NCBI GenBank assembly: GCA_018396875.1
Contig: JAGTQG010000002.1
Span: 3,638-67,637 of the forward strand
Direction: 5' to 3'
DNA: 64,000 nt
Source of the DNA: Candidatus Bathyarchaeota archaeon
Lineage (GTDB): Archaea; Thermoproteota; Bathyarchaeia; Bathyarchaeales; Bathycorpusculaceae
Position 1 is the stretch's first letter, and the number at the start of each line of letters is the position of its first letter. Under the pieces are notes generated by a model. The model had not been told where the DNA came from. It was given only the letters and a program-made list of their open reading frames with translations, and did no database searches. The position numbers and the translations under genes were made by a program. Positions 1-8,619 of this stretch are shown piece after piece.

Positions 1-138
1 CATCTTGAATTCTTCCACGGTTTTCTTAACTCTCGCCAAATAAAAGTCAACAAAACATTTAGAACACAGGCTCATACGGGCATATGGAATTTGCACTTCA
101 ACATTAGCTGAACGACATTTCCCACATGTTAGAGGCAT
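1..138 (-). CDS. PP-loop ATPase of the TtuA/NcsA (Ncs6) tRNA 2-thiolation type, N-terminal fragment (gene continues beyond window start)
   Basis: Minus-strand ATG at 138 reads MPLTCGKCRSANVEVQIPYARMSLCSKCFVDFYLARVKKTVEEFKM and runs off the window. A CxxC...CxxC zinc finger followed by RVKKTV is the usual N-terminus of this family. It is absent from the ORF track because it is truncated. Confidence 0.4.
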   Translation of the reverse strand, partial: MPLTCGKCRSANVEVQIPYARMSLCSKCFVDFYLARVKKTVEEFKM

Positions 139-280
139 AACAGCATCAACCGCTCAATAATTCTTTGGTCAATAAAAAACATTTTTACATCTGTAAGGGC
201 ACTGAAACCCAAAATGGTTTTATAGAATCTAAACATTATCTAGAACCTCTGCACGGTTTAGTCGTAACGAGGTTTATGCT

Positions 281-1651
281 ATGTTTAAGGATGACCTATC
301 ATGCTCTACCAACGGTAAAAAACGCGTCATCATAATGGGGGCCGCTGGTAGGGACTTTCACAACTTTAACGTCTACTTCAGAGATAACGAAGCCTACGAA
401 GTTGTTGCCTTTACGGCAACCCAAATCCCGGGCATAGAAGGCAGAATATATCCGCCTGAGCTAGCTGGCAAAAATTATCCAAACGGCATACCCATCCACC
501 CAGAAGAAGATTTAGAAAGGCTAATAAGGGAATACGATATCGACGAAGTTGTCTTTGCTTATAGCGATGTGTCCCACGAATACGTAATGCACAGAGCATC
601 CATAGCATTAGCCAACGGAGCAGACTTCAGACTGATGGGACCGAAAACGACAATGTTAAAGGCCAACGTTCCAGTCGTGTCCGTAGGAGCTGTCAGAACT
701 GGTTGTGGAAAAAGCCAAACTTCAAGGCAAATTGCAAAGATTTTGAAAAATAAAGGCTTGAACGTGGTCGTGGTTAGGCATCCAATGCCCTACGGAGATT
801 TGCGAAAGCAGATATGCCAACGCTTCGCCACCTATGAGGACCTAGATCGGTACAATTGCACAATAGAAGAAAGGGAAGAATACGAACCACACTTGGATAA
901 TGGAGTCATAGTCTACGCCGGTGTAGATTACGAAAAAATTCTAAGGGAGGCGGAAAAGGAAGCAGACGTTATTGTTTGGGATGGAGGAAACAATGACATA
1001 CCCTTCTACAAACCAGACCTTCACATAGTCGTCGCTGACCCTCACAGGGTTGGACATGAGTTGACATATCATCCAGGAGAGGCCAATCTGCGAATGGCAA
1101 ACGTTGTCATAATAAACAAGGTTGACACGGCACCAGCAGAAAACGTTTGCCATGTTAAGGAAAACATTAAAAAAGTAAACCCCAACGCCATAGTTTTAGA
1201 GGCAGCATCACCAATAACGGCTGACAACCCAGAACTCATAAAAGGCAAACGGGTCTTAGTCATTGAAGATGGCCCCACATTAACCCATGGAAACATGCCC
1301 TACGGTGCCGCAACAATATTGGCCAAGCAGCTTGGCGCCAGCGAACTAGTGGACCCAAGGCCTTACGCTGTTGGCTCTATAAAAGAAGCATACAAGGAAT
1401 ACCCGCATTTGGGCGCTGTGCTTCCAGCATTAGGCTACGGCGAAAAACAGATAGCAGAATTGGATGAAACCATTTCCCGCACACCATGTGACGTTGTTGT
1501 TATTGGGACCCCCGTTGACTTGAGAAGAGTTATAAAGATAGACAAGCCAACTGTTAGGGTGAAATATGAATTGAAAGTTTTGGGGCCAGTATCGCTGGAA
1601 CAAGTTTTAGATGAGTTTCTCGCTGAGAAGGGACATAAGTATGGAAAATGA
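281..1651 (+). CDS. cyclic 2,3-diphosphoglycerate synthetase (CpgS)-family P-loop protein, often annotated only as GTPase
   Basis: 456-aa ORF with N-terminal KRVIIMGAAGRDFHNF and central P-loop AVRTGCGKSQTS. Length and layout match my recollection of the CpgS family. Confidence 0.55.
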   Translation: MFKDDLSCSTNGKKRVIIMGAAGRDFHNFNVYFRDNEAYEVVAFTATQIPGIEGRIYPPELAGKNYPNGIPIHPEEDLERLIREYDIDEVVFAYSDVSHEYVMHRASIALANGADFRLMGPKTTMLKANVPVVSVGAVRTGCGKSQTSRQIAKILKNKGLNVVVVRHPMPYGDLRKQICQRFATYEDLDRYNCTIEEREEYEPHLDNGVIVYAGVDYEKILREAEKEADVIVWDGGNNDIPFYKPDLHIVVADPHRVGHELTYHPGEANLRMANVVIINKVDTAPAENVCHVKENIKKVNPNAIVLEAASPITADNPELIKGKRVLVIEDGPTLTHGNMPYGAATILAKQLGASELVDPRPYAVGSIKEAYKEYPHLGAVLPALGYGEKQIAELDETISRTPCDVVVIGTPVDLRRVIKIDKPTVRVKYELKVLGPVSLEQVLDEFLAEKGHKYGK

Positions 1652-2024
1652 AAAAGTGGAAATTTCAAGAGTTAGAATAAAATTCGTAGTTGAGGGTTTA
1701 GGCGAGGCTGAAGGCGAACTAGTTCGCCATTTAGCTCCAAGAACCGTGGAAATGGTCGTTCGGAAACTTCCGTTTGAAGGAAGAGCAGCTCTCTGGAAGG
1801 AAGAGGTTTACTTTGAAATACCCGTAAAAATGGGGGAGGAAAAAGCTAAAAGCGTTGTTGAAAAGGGTACAATAGCCTATTGGCCTATGGGAAGCGCCCT
1901 CTGCATATTTTATGGAGAATCTCAACCATATAGTCCAGTAAACGTTCTCGGAAGGGTGACGAAAAATCTCGAACTTTTTAGCAAAGTGAAAAGCGGTACG
2001 GTGATAAGAGTTGAGAAGCTATAG
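1641..2024 (+). CDS. cyclophilin-like fold protein (TM1367 / Cyclophil_like family)
   Basis: LPFEGRAALWKEEVYFEIPV ... GTIAYWPMGSALCIFYG ... VNVLGRV matches the TM1367-type pattern. ATG 1641 (MENEKVE) is preferred over 1611 and overlaps the upstream stop by 11 nt. Confidence 0.75.
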   Translation: MENEKVEISRVRIKFVVEGLGEAEGELVRHLAPRTVEMVVRKLPFEGRAALWKEEVYFEIPVKMGEEKAKSVVEKGTIAYWPMGSALCIFYGESQPYSPVNVLGRVTKNLELFSKVKSGTVIRVEKL

Positions 2025-2507
2025 GTACACGCTTTCAGCCCAACTTTTTAGCAGTCTTTCACACTCTTCTTTAATCTCACGCTTTCTACTCTTAGCCTTT
2101 AACACTTCAAGGAACTCTATGCGTTTTTGAACGGATCGTCTTTCAGCTTCACCTCCAAAATACATTTTACCTTCAAGGTATTCCTTCATATGATTCGCCT
2201 TTTGAACGAATAGACTAGCAGCGTCCACGGGATTGGCAACGGCATATTTATTCGCCCAAATAATGGCTTCAGCCTCACGGAGCTGTGTGAAGCCATCAAT
2301 TTCGGATATTTCCCGAATATAAGTTCGAAGAAAATCGTAATAGCCCGCCGTTTTAATGAGCTTAAGGGCTTCCCTCACTTTTTGCTTAAACTCAGAGCTT
2401 CCTTTAACTCTTAAACGGCGCTTACAACCCTTTCCAGTGAACTTTTTCCTTTTGACATCCTCTTCTGTTTGAGTCCCTTCAGAAGGGGGCAACAAAATTC
2501 TCCTCAA
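2019..2507 (-). CDS. hypothetical protein with basic N-terminus
   Basis: 162-aa ORF lying 18 nt downstream of eS25 on the same strand. TTG is the only start candidate near the 5' end. The N-terminus is KRKKFTGKGCKRRLRVKG, followed by a helical body. No family recognised. Confidence 0.45.
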   Translation of the reverse strand: MRRILLPPSEGTQTEEDVKRKKFTGKGCKRRLRVKGSSEFKQKVREALKLIKTAGYYDFLRTYIREISEIDGFTQLREAEAIIWANKYAVANPVDAASLFVQKANHMKEYLEGKMYFGGEAERRSVQKRIEFLEVLKAKSRKREIKEECERLLKSWAESVYL

Positions 2508-2525
2508 ACAAAGCTTGACTGACCG

Positions 2526-2849
2526 CTAATCCACCGTCTTGTATATTTTGATGTCGTGGTTTCCAGATACTAGCTGGACTAAACCGTCGTTTTCAAGTTG
2601 TTCAAGTAAATCTTTTGCGGCGCTGATCCTTATGTTAAACTTAGATGCGACAGCGTAGGGCGTTATAACACGCATCTTTTTCAATTCCTCTAACATTCTC
2701 CCACCTTTAATGTCTGGAATCAATATTCCTGCTGGTTTTTTCTCTTTTGGCGCCGCCTTTTCTTTTTCTTTTTTCTTTTTCTCTTCTTCGTCTTTGCGCA
2801 TTTGCATGCGTTCCATCTGTTTCAATGTTAGTTTCTTTTTCCCGCCCAT
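2526..2849 (-). CDS. rps25e: 30S ribosomal protein eS25
   Basis: Lys/Glu-rich N-terminus followed by VITPYAVASKFNIRISAAKDLLEQLENDGLV, a winged-helix typical of S25e. ATG 2849 sits 6 nt after GGAGGGG and is preferred over GTG 2855. Confidence 0.85.
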   Translation of the reverse strand: MGGKKKLTLKQMERMQMRKDEEEKKKKEKEKAAPKEKKPAGILIPDIKGGRMLEELKKMRVITPYAVASKFNIRISAAKDLLEQLENDGLVQLVSGNHDIKIYKTVD

Positions 2850-2923
2850 AAACACCCCTCCATTTTAGCAAATATTCCGCCGCGTTCCTTATATCTATTA
2901 CTAGCGCCAGATTCCAAAGTTGT

Positions 2924-2938
2924 AAAAAGAAGAAAAGA
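2924..2938 (-). terminator. oligo-T tract (minus strand) downstream of the histone gene
   Basis: Plus strand aaaaagaagaaaaga corresponds to a T-rich run on the coding strand 13-27 nt after the histone stop. Archaeal RNAP terminates at oligo-T. Confidence 0.3.
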
Positions 2939-2950
2939 GGGCTTGAAGTT

Positions 2951-3172
2951 TTATCTGCCCATAACTTTTCGGGCGGCGATTTCTATATCCTCAGCTTTTA
3001 TTGTCTTTCGTCCGGTGTGCATGGCAAAGTCTAAAGCCTCTTTGGCTATTTTGATTCCAATTTCCTCTAAAGCCTTGGCAAGCTCTTTTGCGGCTGCCTC
3101 GCTTACTCTCTCGGCGCCAGCCTTCTTGCAGATTCTATGCATAGGAGCTATTGCCAACTCTAAATCTGCCAT
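2951..3172 (-). CDS. archaeal histone (HMf-type histone fold)
   Basis: 73 aa. [66 protein letters not shown] is a canonical archaeal histone sequence. Confidence 0.9.
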   Translation of the reverse strand: MADLELAIAPMHRICKKAGAERVSEAAAKELAKALEEIGIKIAKEALDFAMHTGRKTIKAEDIEIAARKVMGR

Positions 3173-3329
3173 AAAGGCTCCTCCATGGCTCTTTTTGTAT
3201 TTGAAACAATATTTAACGTTTATTGCACCCTATCTTCCAAAAATAAACTTTAAAGTTCGGTCTTCTTGATTCAAAATAGGAAATTATAAAAATTTTAGGC
3301 TGTGTAGTTTATGCTCAAAGTGAGCAACA

Positions 3330-4139
3330 ATGAAAACGTTGAGATTTGTTGACGCCCACATCCACCTATCTGACGAAGAATATGCGGAAAAAGTTGAGGA
3401 CATCATTTCAGAAGCAAAAAGTTCCAATGTTGTTGCGTTAGTCTCCAATTCAATGGACCTTGAAACCAGCATTAGAAGTCTAGAGCTAGCTACACGATAT
3501 AAAGCCAAGGGAGTTTACGCTGCTTTAGGGATTCATCCTTGGAGTGTGAACAACTTGACGGGGGATGCGTTACAGCAAACATGCGAGTTCATTATCGAAC
3601 AGAGACTGAACAAAGCGGTCGTGGCTATCGGTGAAGTGGGGTTAGACTACAAGTATGAGAAGATATGGGATAAACAGTTGAAGGTCTTCGATGAGATGCT
3701 TAAGTTAGCTGAAAAAATGGAGTTGCCAGTTATAATTCATTCTCGCGGAACTACGGCAAAAATCGTGGAAATGCTTCCATCTTACCGGTTGAAAAAGGTT
3801 TTGTTGCACTGGTTTAGCAACCCCATCAGCGTATTGTCCAAAGCTATAGATCACGGGTACTACATTAGCGAGGGACCACCTGTCGCCTATTCCGAAGGCA
3901 TTCGGGAGGTTGTTAGACGTGTCCCTCTAGAAAATCTCTTAACAGAAACAGATGGACCAGTGCGTTATTTTAAGAGCCCTTTCAACGGCAAGCTGACCAG
4001 CCCAGCCTTTTTGCCAACGGTCGTTAACGCAATAGCGGAAGTTAAGAAAAAAAGCGTCGTTGAAGTTGCGGAACAAATACTGAAAAACTTCGAAGAATTT
4101 TTCGGATTGAAGTTGAATTTAGAGGAAGTAAACGCGTAA
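3330..4139 (+). CDS. tatD: TatD-family metal-dependent hydrolase
   Basis: FVDAHIHLSDEEY N-terminal HxH motif, IGEVGLDY, VIIHSR, ETDGP. Confidence 0.85.
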   Translation: MKTLRFVDAHIHLSDEEYAEKVEDIISEAKSSNVVALVSNSMDLETSIRSLELATRYKAKGVYAALGIHPWSVNNLTGDALQQTCEFIIEQRLNKAVVAIGEVGLDYKYEKIWDKQLKVFDEMLKLAEKMELPVIIHSRGTTAKIVEMLPSYRLKKVLLHWFSNPISVLSKAIDHGYYISEGPPVAYSEGIREVVRRVPLENLLTETDGPVRYFKSPFNGKLTSPAFLPTVVNAIAEVKKKSVVEVAEQILKNFEEFFGLKLNLEEVNA

Positions 4140-4228
4140 AGTTAAATTAGGTTCGTGTCATGAAATGACTCATTCTTACTTAAAAGGGAGCAGTAAAGCA
4201 ATGCTAAACTCAGTGCGGAGGAAAATGG

Positions 4229-4456
4229 TTGGGAAAAGTTCGGACAGAACAGATTAAGCGTATAGCCAGAGAGCTCATCAGACGTTTTCCCAACAAGTTT
4301 TCTGGAAATTTTGAGGAGAACAAACGTGTTGTTGCATTGCTTGTGCCCGGAGCAACGACGAGAGTGCGAAACCAAATTGCGGGCTATATAACACACTTTT
4401 ATGGTGGTATTGAGCCAGCATCCTCTTCTAGTGAAGGCAGGGAAGAAAGCGAGTAG
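4229..4456 (+). CDS. rps17e: 30S ribosomal protein eS17
   Basis: MGKVRTEQIKRIARELIRRFPNKFSGNFEENKRVV is typical of eS17. The start is TTG; the nearby ATG is out of frame. Confidence 0.85.
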   Translation: MGKVRTEQIKRIARELIRRFPNKFSGNFEENKRVVALLVPGATTRVRNQIAGYITHFYGGIEPASSSSEGREESE

Positions 4457-4501
4457 CTTATTAAACGCCTTTACATTTTAGAAAGCTGGAGTGAACAAAC
4501 G

Positions 4502-4876
4502 ATGATAGACCACTATAGACGTGGGTGGGCTTTACGGTATCTACGGGAGGCAAAGGCAGAACTAGAAGCCGCAAGAAAACTGCCGTACATGGCTCCGAGC
4601 CTTGTTATGGAAGCGGTAAGGAAAGCTAGGAACGCCATATACTACAGCCTAGGCGAACCAGCCTTCATTGAAAGTGTTGTAAGAGAAGCCATAGAAAAAG
4701 CCCAGACAAGAAACGACCCCATACTAAAATGCTTAGCGGAAATTGAAGAAATCATGCAGCAGCTAGCACAGGTGGAGGAAATAGATGAAGAAAAGGCCAT
4801 CAAAAAAGCAGATATTTTGGTTCAAACGGCATCGGAAATTGTTGAAACCATCCTTGGAGAAAAAGTGGAAGGTTAA
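4502..4876 (+). CDS. hypothetical all-helical protein (weakly HEPN/PaREP1-like)
   Basis: 124 aa with RYLREAKAELEAARKL ... AVRKARNAIYYSL. The helical-bundle flavour is the only clue. Confidence 0.4.
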   Translation: MIDHYRRGWALRYLREAKAELEAARKLPYMAPSLVMEAVRKARNAIYYSLGEPAFIESVVREAIEKAQTRNDPILKCLAEIEEIMQQLAQVEEIDEEKAIKKADILVQTASEIVETILGEKVEG

Positions 4877-6045
4877 CGTTTTTCAAGGGCTTTTTCTATT
4901 CTTTTTAAGGCTTCCTTGATGTTCTCGATAGAGTTGGCAAAAGATATGCGTAAATATCCCTCACCATACTTCCCGAAAGAAGTGCCGGGCAACACTGCTA
5001 CACCAGCCTCGTTAAGGAGGAAATCTGAAAGCTCTTTTGAACGCATGCCAGTGCCAGTTATGTTGGGGAAAACATAGAATGCTCCTTTAGGCTTCTTACA
5101 TGTTATGCCCTTGATCCTATTTAGACCTTCGACTATTACCTCTCTGCGTTTTCTGAACTCTGTAACCATACGGTCCACGGAGTCTTGAGGACCCTTTAGG
5201 GCTTCTATGCCAGCCATTTGGACGAAAGCGCATGTACACGAGTTAGAGTTGACCATCAACTGGGTGATTTTCTCCGCCAAGTCTTTTCGCATTACACCAT
5301 AGCCAAGTCTCCATCCCGTCATAGCGTAAGTTTTAGAAAAACCATCGAGAATTATGGTCTTCTCCTTCATTCCGGGAAGTGAGGCGATGCTTTCATGGGT
5401 TCCTTCATATATGATGCGACTGTAAATTTCGTCTGAAAGAACTATTACGTCGTCCCTGTTGGCTATGCAGTCCGCTATGACCTTCAAATCTTCCCTTGTC
5501 AGAACACCACCAGTGGGGTTTTCGGGCGAATTTAGGATTATCATCTTTGTCCTTTTAGTTATCTTCTTTTTGACATATTCATGGTCAAGTCTAAAGTCAT
5601 TCTCTTCTTTAAGCGGAATTGGCACGGGTTTGGCTCCAACAAAATTTATCATCGATTCATAAATTGGAAAGCCCGGGTTTGGGTATAAAACCTCCTCGCC
5701 GGGATTGACGCATGCCAATATCGCAAAAAACATTATTGGCTTTGCACCCGGCGTAACGACAACCTCTTCCGGATCAACTGGAATATTCCTAGTTTTAGAA
5801 ATGTATTCAGCTATGGCTTCGCGGAGCTCCGGTATGCCGGCGGCTGGCACATAATGGGTGTAGCCGGAATAAAGAGCTTTAACCGCCGCTTCCTTTATGT
5901 TCTGAGGTGTGTCGAAGTCCGGTTCCCCTATTTCTAGGTGTATAATGTTTTTCCCCTGCCTTTCAAGGGCTTTCGCCCTAGCAAGCACTTCAAAAGCTGT
6001 TTCTGTCCCGAGAACAGCCATTCTATCTGCAAATATGGAAGGCAT
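4873..6045 (-). CDS. class I/II PLP-dependent aminotransferase (aspartate aminotransferase-like)
   Basis: GEPDFDTP, NSPENPTGG and DGFSKTYAMTGWRLGY (PLP-Lys context). ATG 6045 (MPSIFADRM) is preferred over 6081. Confidence 0.85.
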   Translation of the reverse strand: MPSIFADRMAVLGTETAFEVLARAKALERQGKNIIHLEIGEPDFDTPQNIKEAAVKALYSGYTHYVPAAGIPELREAIAEYISKTRNIPVDPEEVVVTPGAKPIMFFAILACVNPGEEVLYPNPGFPIYESMINFVGAKPVPIPLKEENDFRLDHEYVKKKITKRTKMIILNSPENPTGGVLTREDLKVIADCIANRDDVIVLSDEIYSRIIYEGTHESIASLPGMKEKTIILDGFSKTYAMTGWRLGYGVMRKDLAEKITQLMVNSNSCTCAFVQMAGIEALKGPQDSVDRMVTEFRKRREVIVEGLNRIKGITCKKPKGAFYVFPNITGTGMRSKELSDFLLNEAGVAVLPGTSFGKYGEGYLRISFANSIENIKEALKRIEKALEKR

Positions 6046-6124
6046 AAAACCACCACTTTGGAGATTGTTGAGGTAACACATTGGAATATTTAACCGTTAC
6101 ACTTTGCGGCGTCTCAAAACATGA

Positions 6125-7132
6125 TTAAAAGAGCCTTGATAATGGACGTATTTTGATAACCTCAGGATTCACAAGATTTGGCGGTTGCCTTCCTTCAAAG
6201 AAGGCTACGAGGTTTTCAGCCACCATCTCAGCCATTTTTGAGCGAGTCTCATAACTTGCACTTGCTATGTGTGGAGCCACTACAATATTATCGAGCTTAA
6301 GCAACGGATTATCCATGGGGGTTGGCTCCTGCTCAAAAACGTCTAAAGCCGCGCCTGCGATCCAACCTTCCTTCAACGCTTTATAGAGGGCTTTTTCGTC
6401 AACAACTGGTCCTCTGGATGTGTTGATGATGTAGGCTGTTTTCTTCATTAGTCTAAGTTTCTCCTCATTGACAATATGGTATGTCTCTTTTGTTAGAGGC
6501 ACATGTATGCTTAGGAAGTCGGCTTCTCGAAAAAGCGTGTCTAAATCGACTCGCCTGGCGCCAAGCTCTTTTTCCACTTCTGGCGGCATTGGTATAACAT
6601 CGTAGTAGATTATTTTCATGTTGAAGCCTTTGGCTCTTCTGGCAACAGCTGTTCCAATTCTGCCCGCACCTAAAATGCCTAAAGTAGCGCCGTGAACGTC
6701 TCTGCCGAGCATCATGCTCGGGTGCCAACTCACCTTCCACTGTCCTGACCGCACATATTTGTCTGCTTCGACAACACGTCTTGCAATCGCCATAAGTAAA
6801 GCCCAAGCGAAGTCCGCTGTTGTTTCCGTCAAAACGCCAGGCGTGTTGGTTACATATATGCCTCTTTTTGTGGCTTCAGCCACGTCTATGTTGTCGTAGC
6901 CGACAGCCATCTGAGCAATTATCTTAAGCTTCGGAGCTGCATCAAAAACTTCAGCATCAATCTTGTCGGACAAAAGCGTGACTAGGGCGTCAGCATCTCT
7001 TGCTTTTCTTATTATCTCGTCCTTTGGAGGTGGCCCATACTCAGGCCAAACCTCTGCGTCGAAACGTTCCTTGATTATTTTCATGCCTCTTTCTGGAAGC
7101 TCGCGGGTCACGTAAACTTTTGGTTTCGCCAT
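6125..7132 (-). CDS. gyaR: glyoxylate/hydroxypyruvate reductase (D-2-hydroxyacid dehydrogenase)
   Basis: MAKPKVYVTRELPE start, GILGAGRIGTAVARR NAD-binding loop and NTSRGPVVDE ... PHIASAS catalytic region, as in Thermococcales GyaR. Confidence 0.8.
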   Translation of the reverse strand: MAKPKVYVTRELPERGMKIIKERFDAEVWPEYGPPPKDEIIRKARDADALVTLLSDKIDAEVFDAAPKLKIIAQMAVGYDNIDVAEATKRGIYVTNTPGVLTETTADFAWALLMAIARRVVEADKYVRSGQWKVSWHPSMMLGRDVHGATLGILGAGRIGTAVARRAKGFNMKIIYYDVIPMPPEVEKELGARRVDLDTLFREADFLSIHVPLTKETYHIVNEEKLRLMKKTAYIINTSRGPVVDEKALYKALKEGWIAGAALDVFEQEPTPMDNPLLKLDNIVVAPHIASASYETRSKMAEMVAENLVAFFEGRQPPNLVNPEVIKIRPLSRLF

Positions 7133-7225
7133 ACAGTTCACCAACTATATGTTGCAAACAATTTATTAGCGCTAGGCTTATTACATTTACTACTCCGCTT
7201 CCCGCAAAGTTATGATGGGGAAAAC

Positions 7226-8605
7226 ATGACGGCAGCCATAAAGAATTTAGAACGGCTTATTCAGAACGGGCAAACTCAAGCAGATAAGAAAGCAAGAAAA
7301 CTCGCCCTAAAAAGCCTTGAAGCCGCTGTTGAAGCCGTAGACCCCAAAAAATTAATACTATCAAAGCTGACGTTAAAAGACTCCATTTTGAAGGTTAACG
7401 GCTACACATTCGACCTCAACCAGTTCAGAAACATATATGTTATTGGAGGGGGAAAAGCCAGCGGCTCGATGGCTGAAGCACTAGAAACAGTTTTGGGCAA
7501 TAGGATAAATGAAGGCTTTGTCAACGTGCCAAAAGGCAGCAAACATAAAACAGCTGTCGTGAAGCTTCACGAGGCAAGCCATCCAATCCCAGACGATTCG
7601 GGGGTCCAAGGCGTCAAACATATGCTTGAAATCGCAGAAAAAGCTGGGGAAAAGGACCTAATAATATGCTTGATATCTGGAGGTGGTTCCAGCCTGATGC
7701 CGCTGCCAAGAAACGGTATAACATTGGCAGACAAGAGGAAAATCACCGAAGACCTCCTCAAATGCGGCGCGACAATAAACGAGATAAACACTGTAAGAAA
7801 GCATATTTCAGGGTTTAAGGGCGGATGGTTGGCGAAAAAGGCCTATCCAGCCACCGTCCTGAACCTTGTTCTTTCAGACGTTCTGGGCGACCCCCTTGAT
7901 TTCATTGCCTCTGGGCCAACTGTTCCAGACTCGACAACGTTCAGCGACGCCATAAAAATCTTGAAAAAGTATGGGTTGTGGGAGAAAACTCCTGAATCGA
8001 TTAAAAAGATTTTGATCGACGGCGAAAGGGGGTTGATTCCTGAAACTCCAAAGGCGGGTGACGAAGTCTTCAAGAGGGTTTTTAACGTTGTGATTGGTAA
8101 CTGCAGAGACGCATGTATTGCAGCATGTGAAACCCTAAAGTCTGAAGGGCTAAACACTCTCTTTTTGACTTCACTTCTCGAAGGGGAGGCACGGCACGTT
8201 GGGACAGTTTTAGCTTCATTGGCACGAGAGATCGCTGCCTCTGGAAGCCCTGTACAAAAGCCTGCAGCCCTGGTGGTTGGAGGAGAAACAACCGTGACAG
8301 TTGTTGGCAAGGGTAAAGGTGGAAGGAATCAGGAAATAGCCTTAGCCGCCGCATTAAAAATTAAAAGCCTAGACGGATGTGTCGTTGCCTCGCTGAGCAC
8401 AGATGGGGTGGACGGCCCAACAGACGCTGCTGGAGCTTTGGCTGACGGAAAGACTGTGGCAAGGGCTGAATCGGCTGGATTTAGAGCGGAAGACTTTCTC
8501 GCCGAAAATGACTCCTACAATTTCTTCTCAAAACTTGATGACTTAATATTCACCGGCCCAACGGGGACGAATGTAAATGATATATCCGTCGTCATAGTCC
8601 TATAG
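7226..8605 (+). CDS. glycerate 2-kinase (DUF4147 + MOFRL family)
   Basis: VIGGGKASGSMAEALE, ISGGGSSLM, GGETTVTV.GKGKGGRNQE and STDGVDGPTDAAGA are hallmark MOFRL glycerate kinase segments. Confidence 0.8.
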   Translation: MTAAIKNLERLIQNGQTQADKKARKLALKSLEAAVEAVDPKKLILSKLTLKDSILKVNGYTFDLNQFRNIYVIGGGKASGSMAEALETVLGNRINEGFVNVPKGSKHKTAVVKLHEASHPIPDDSGVQGVKHMLEIAEKAGEKDLIICLISGGGSSLMPLPRNGITLADKRKITEDLLKCGATINEINTVRKHISGFKGGWLAKKAYPATVLNLVLSDVLGDPLDFIASGPTVPDSTTFSDAIKILKKYGLWEKTPESIKKILIDGERGLIPETPKAGDEVFKRVFNVVIGNCRDACIAACETLKSEGLNTLFLTSLLEGEARHVGTVLASLAREIAASGSPVQKPAALVVGGETTVTVVGKGKGGRNQEIALAAALKIKSLDGCVVASLSTDGVDGPTDAAGALADGKTVARAESAGFRAEDFLAENDSYNFFSKLDDLIFTGPTGTNVNDISVVIVL

Positions 8606-8619
8606 GGGATGGGAGAAGC

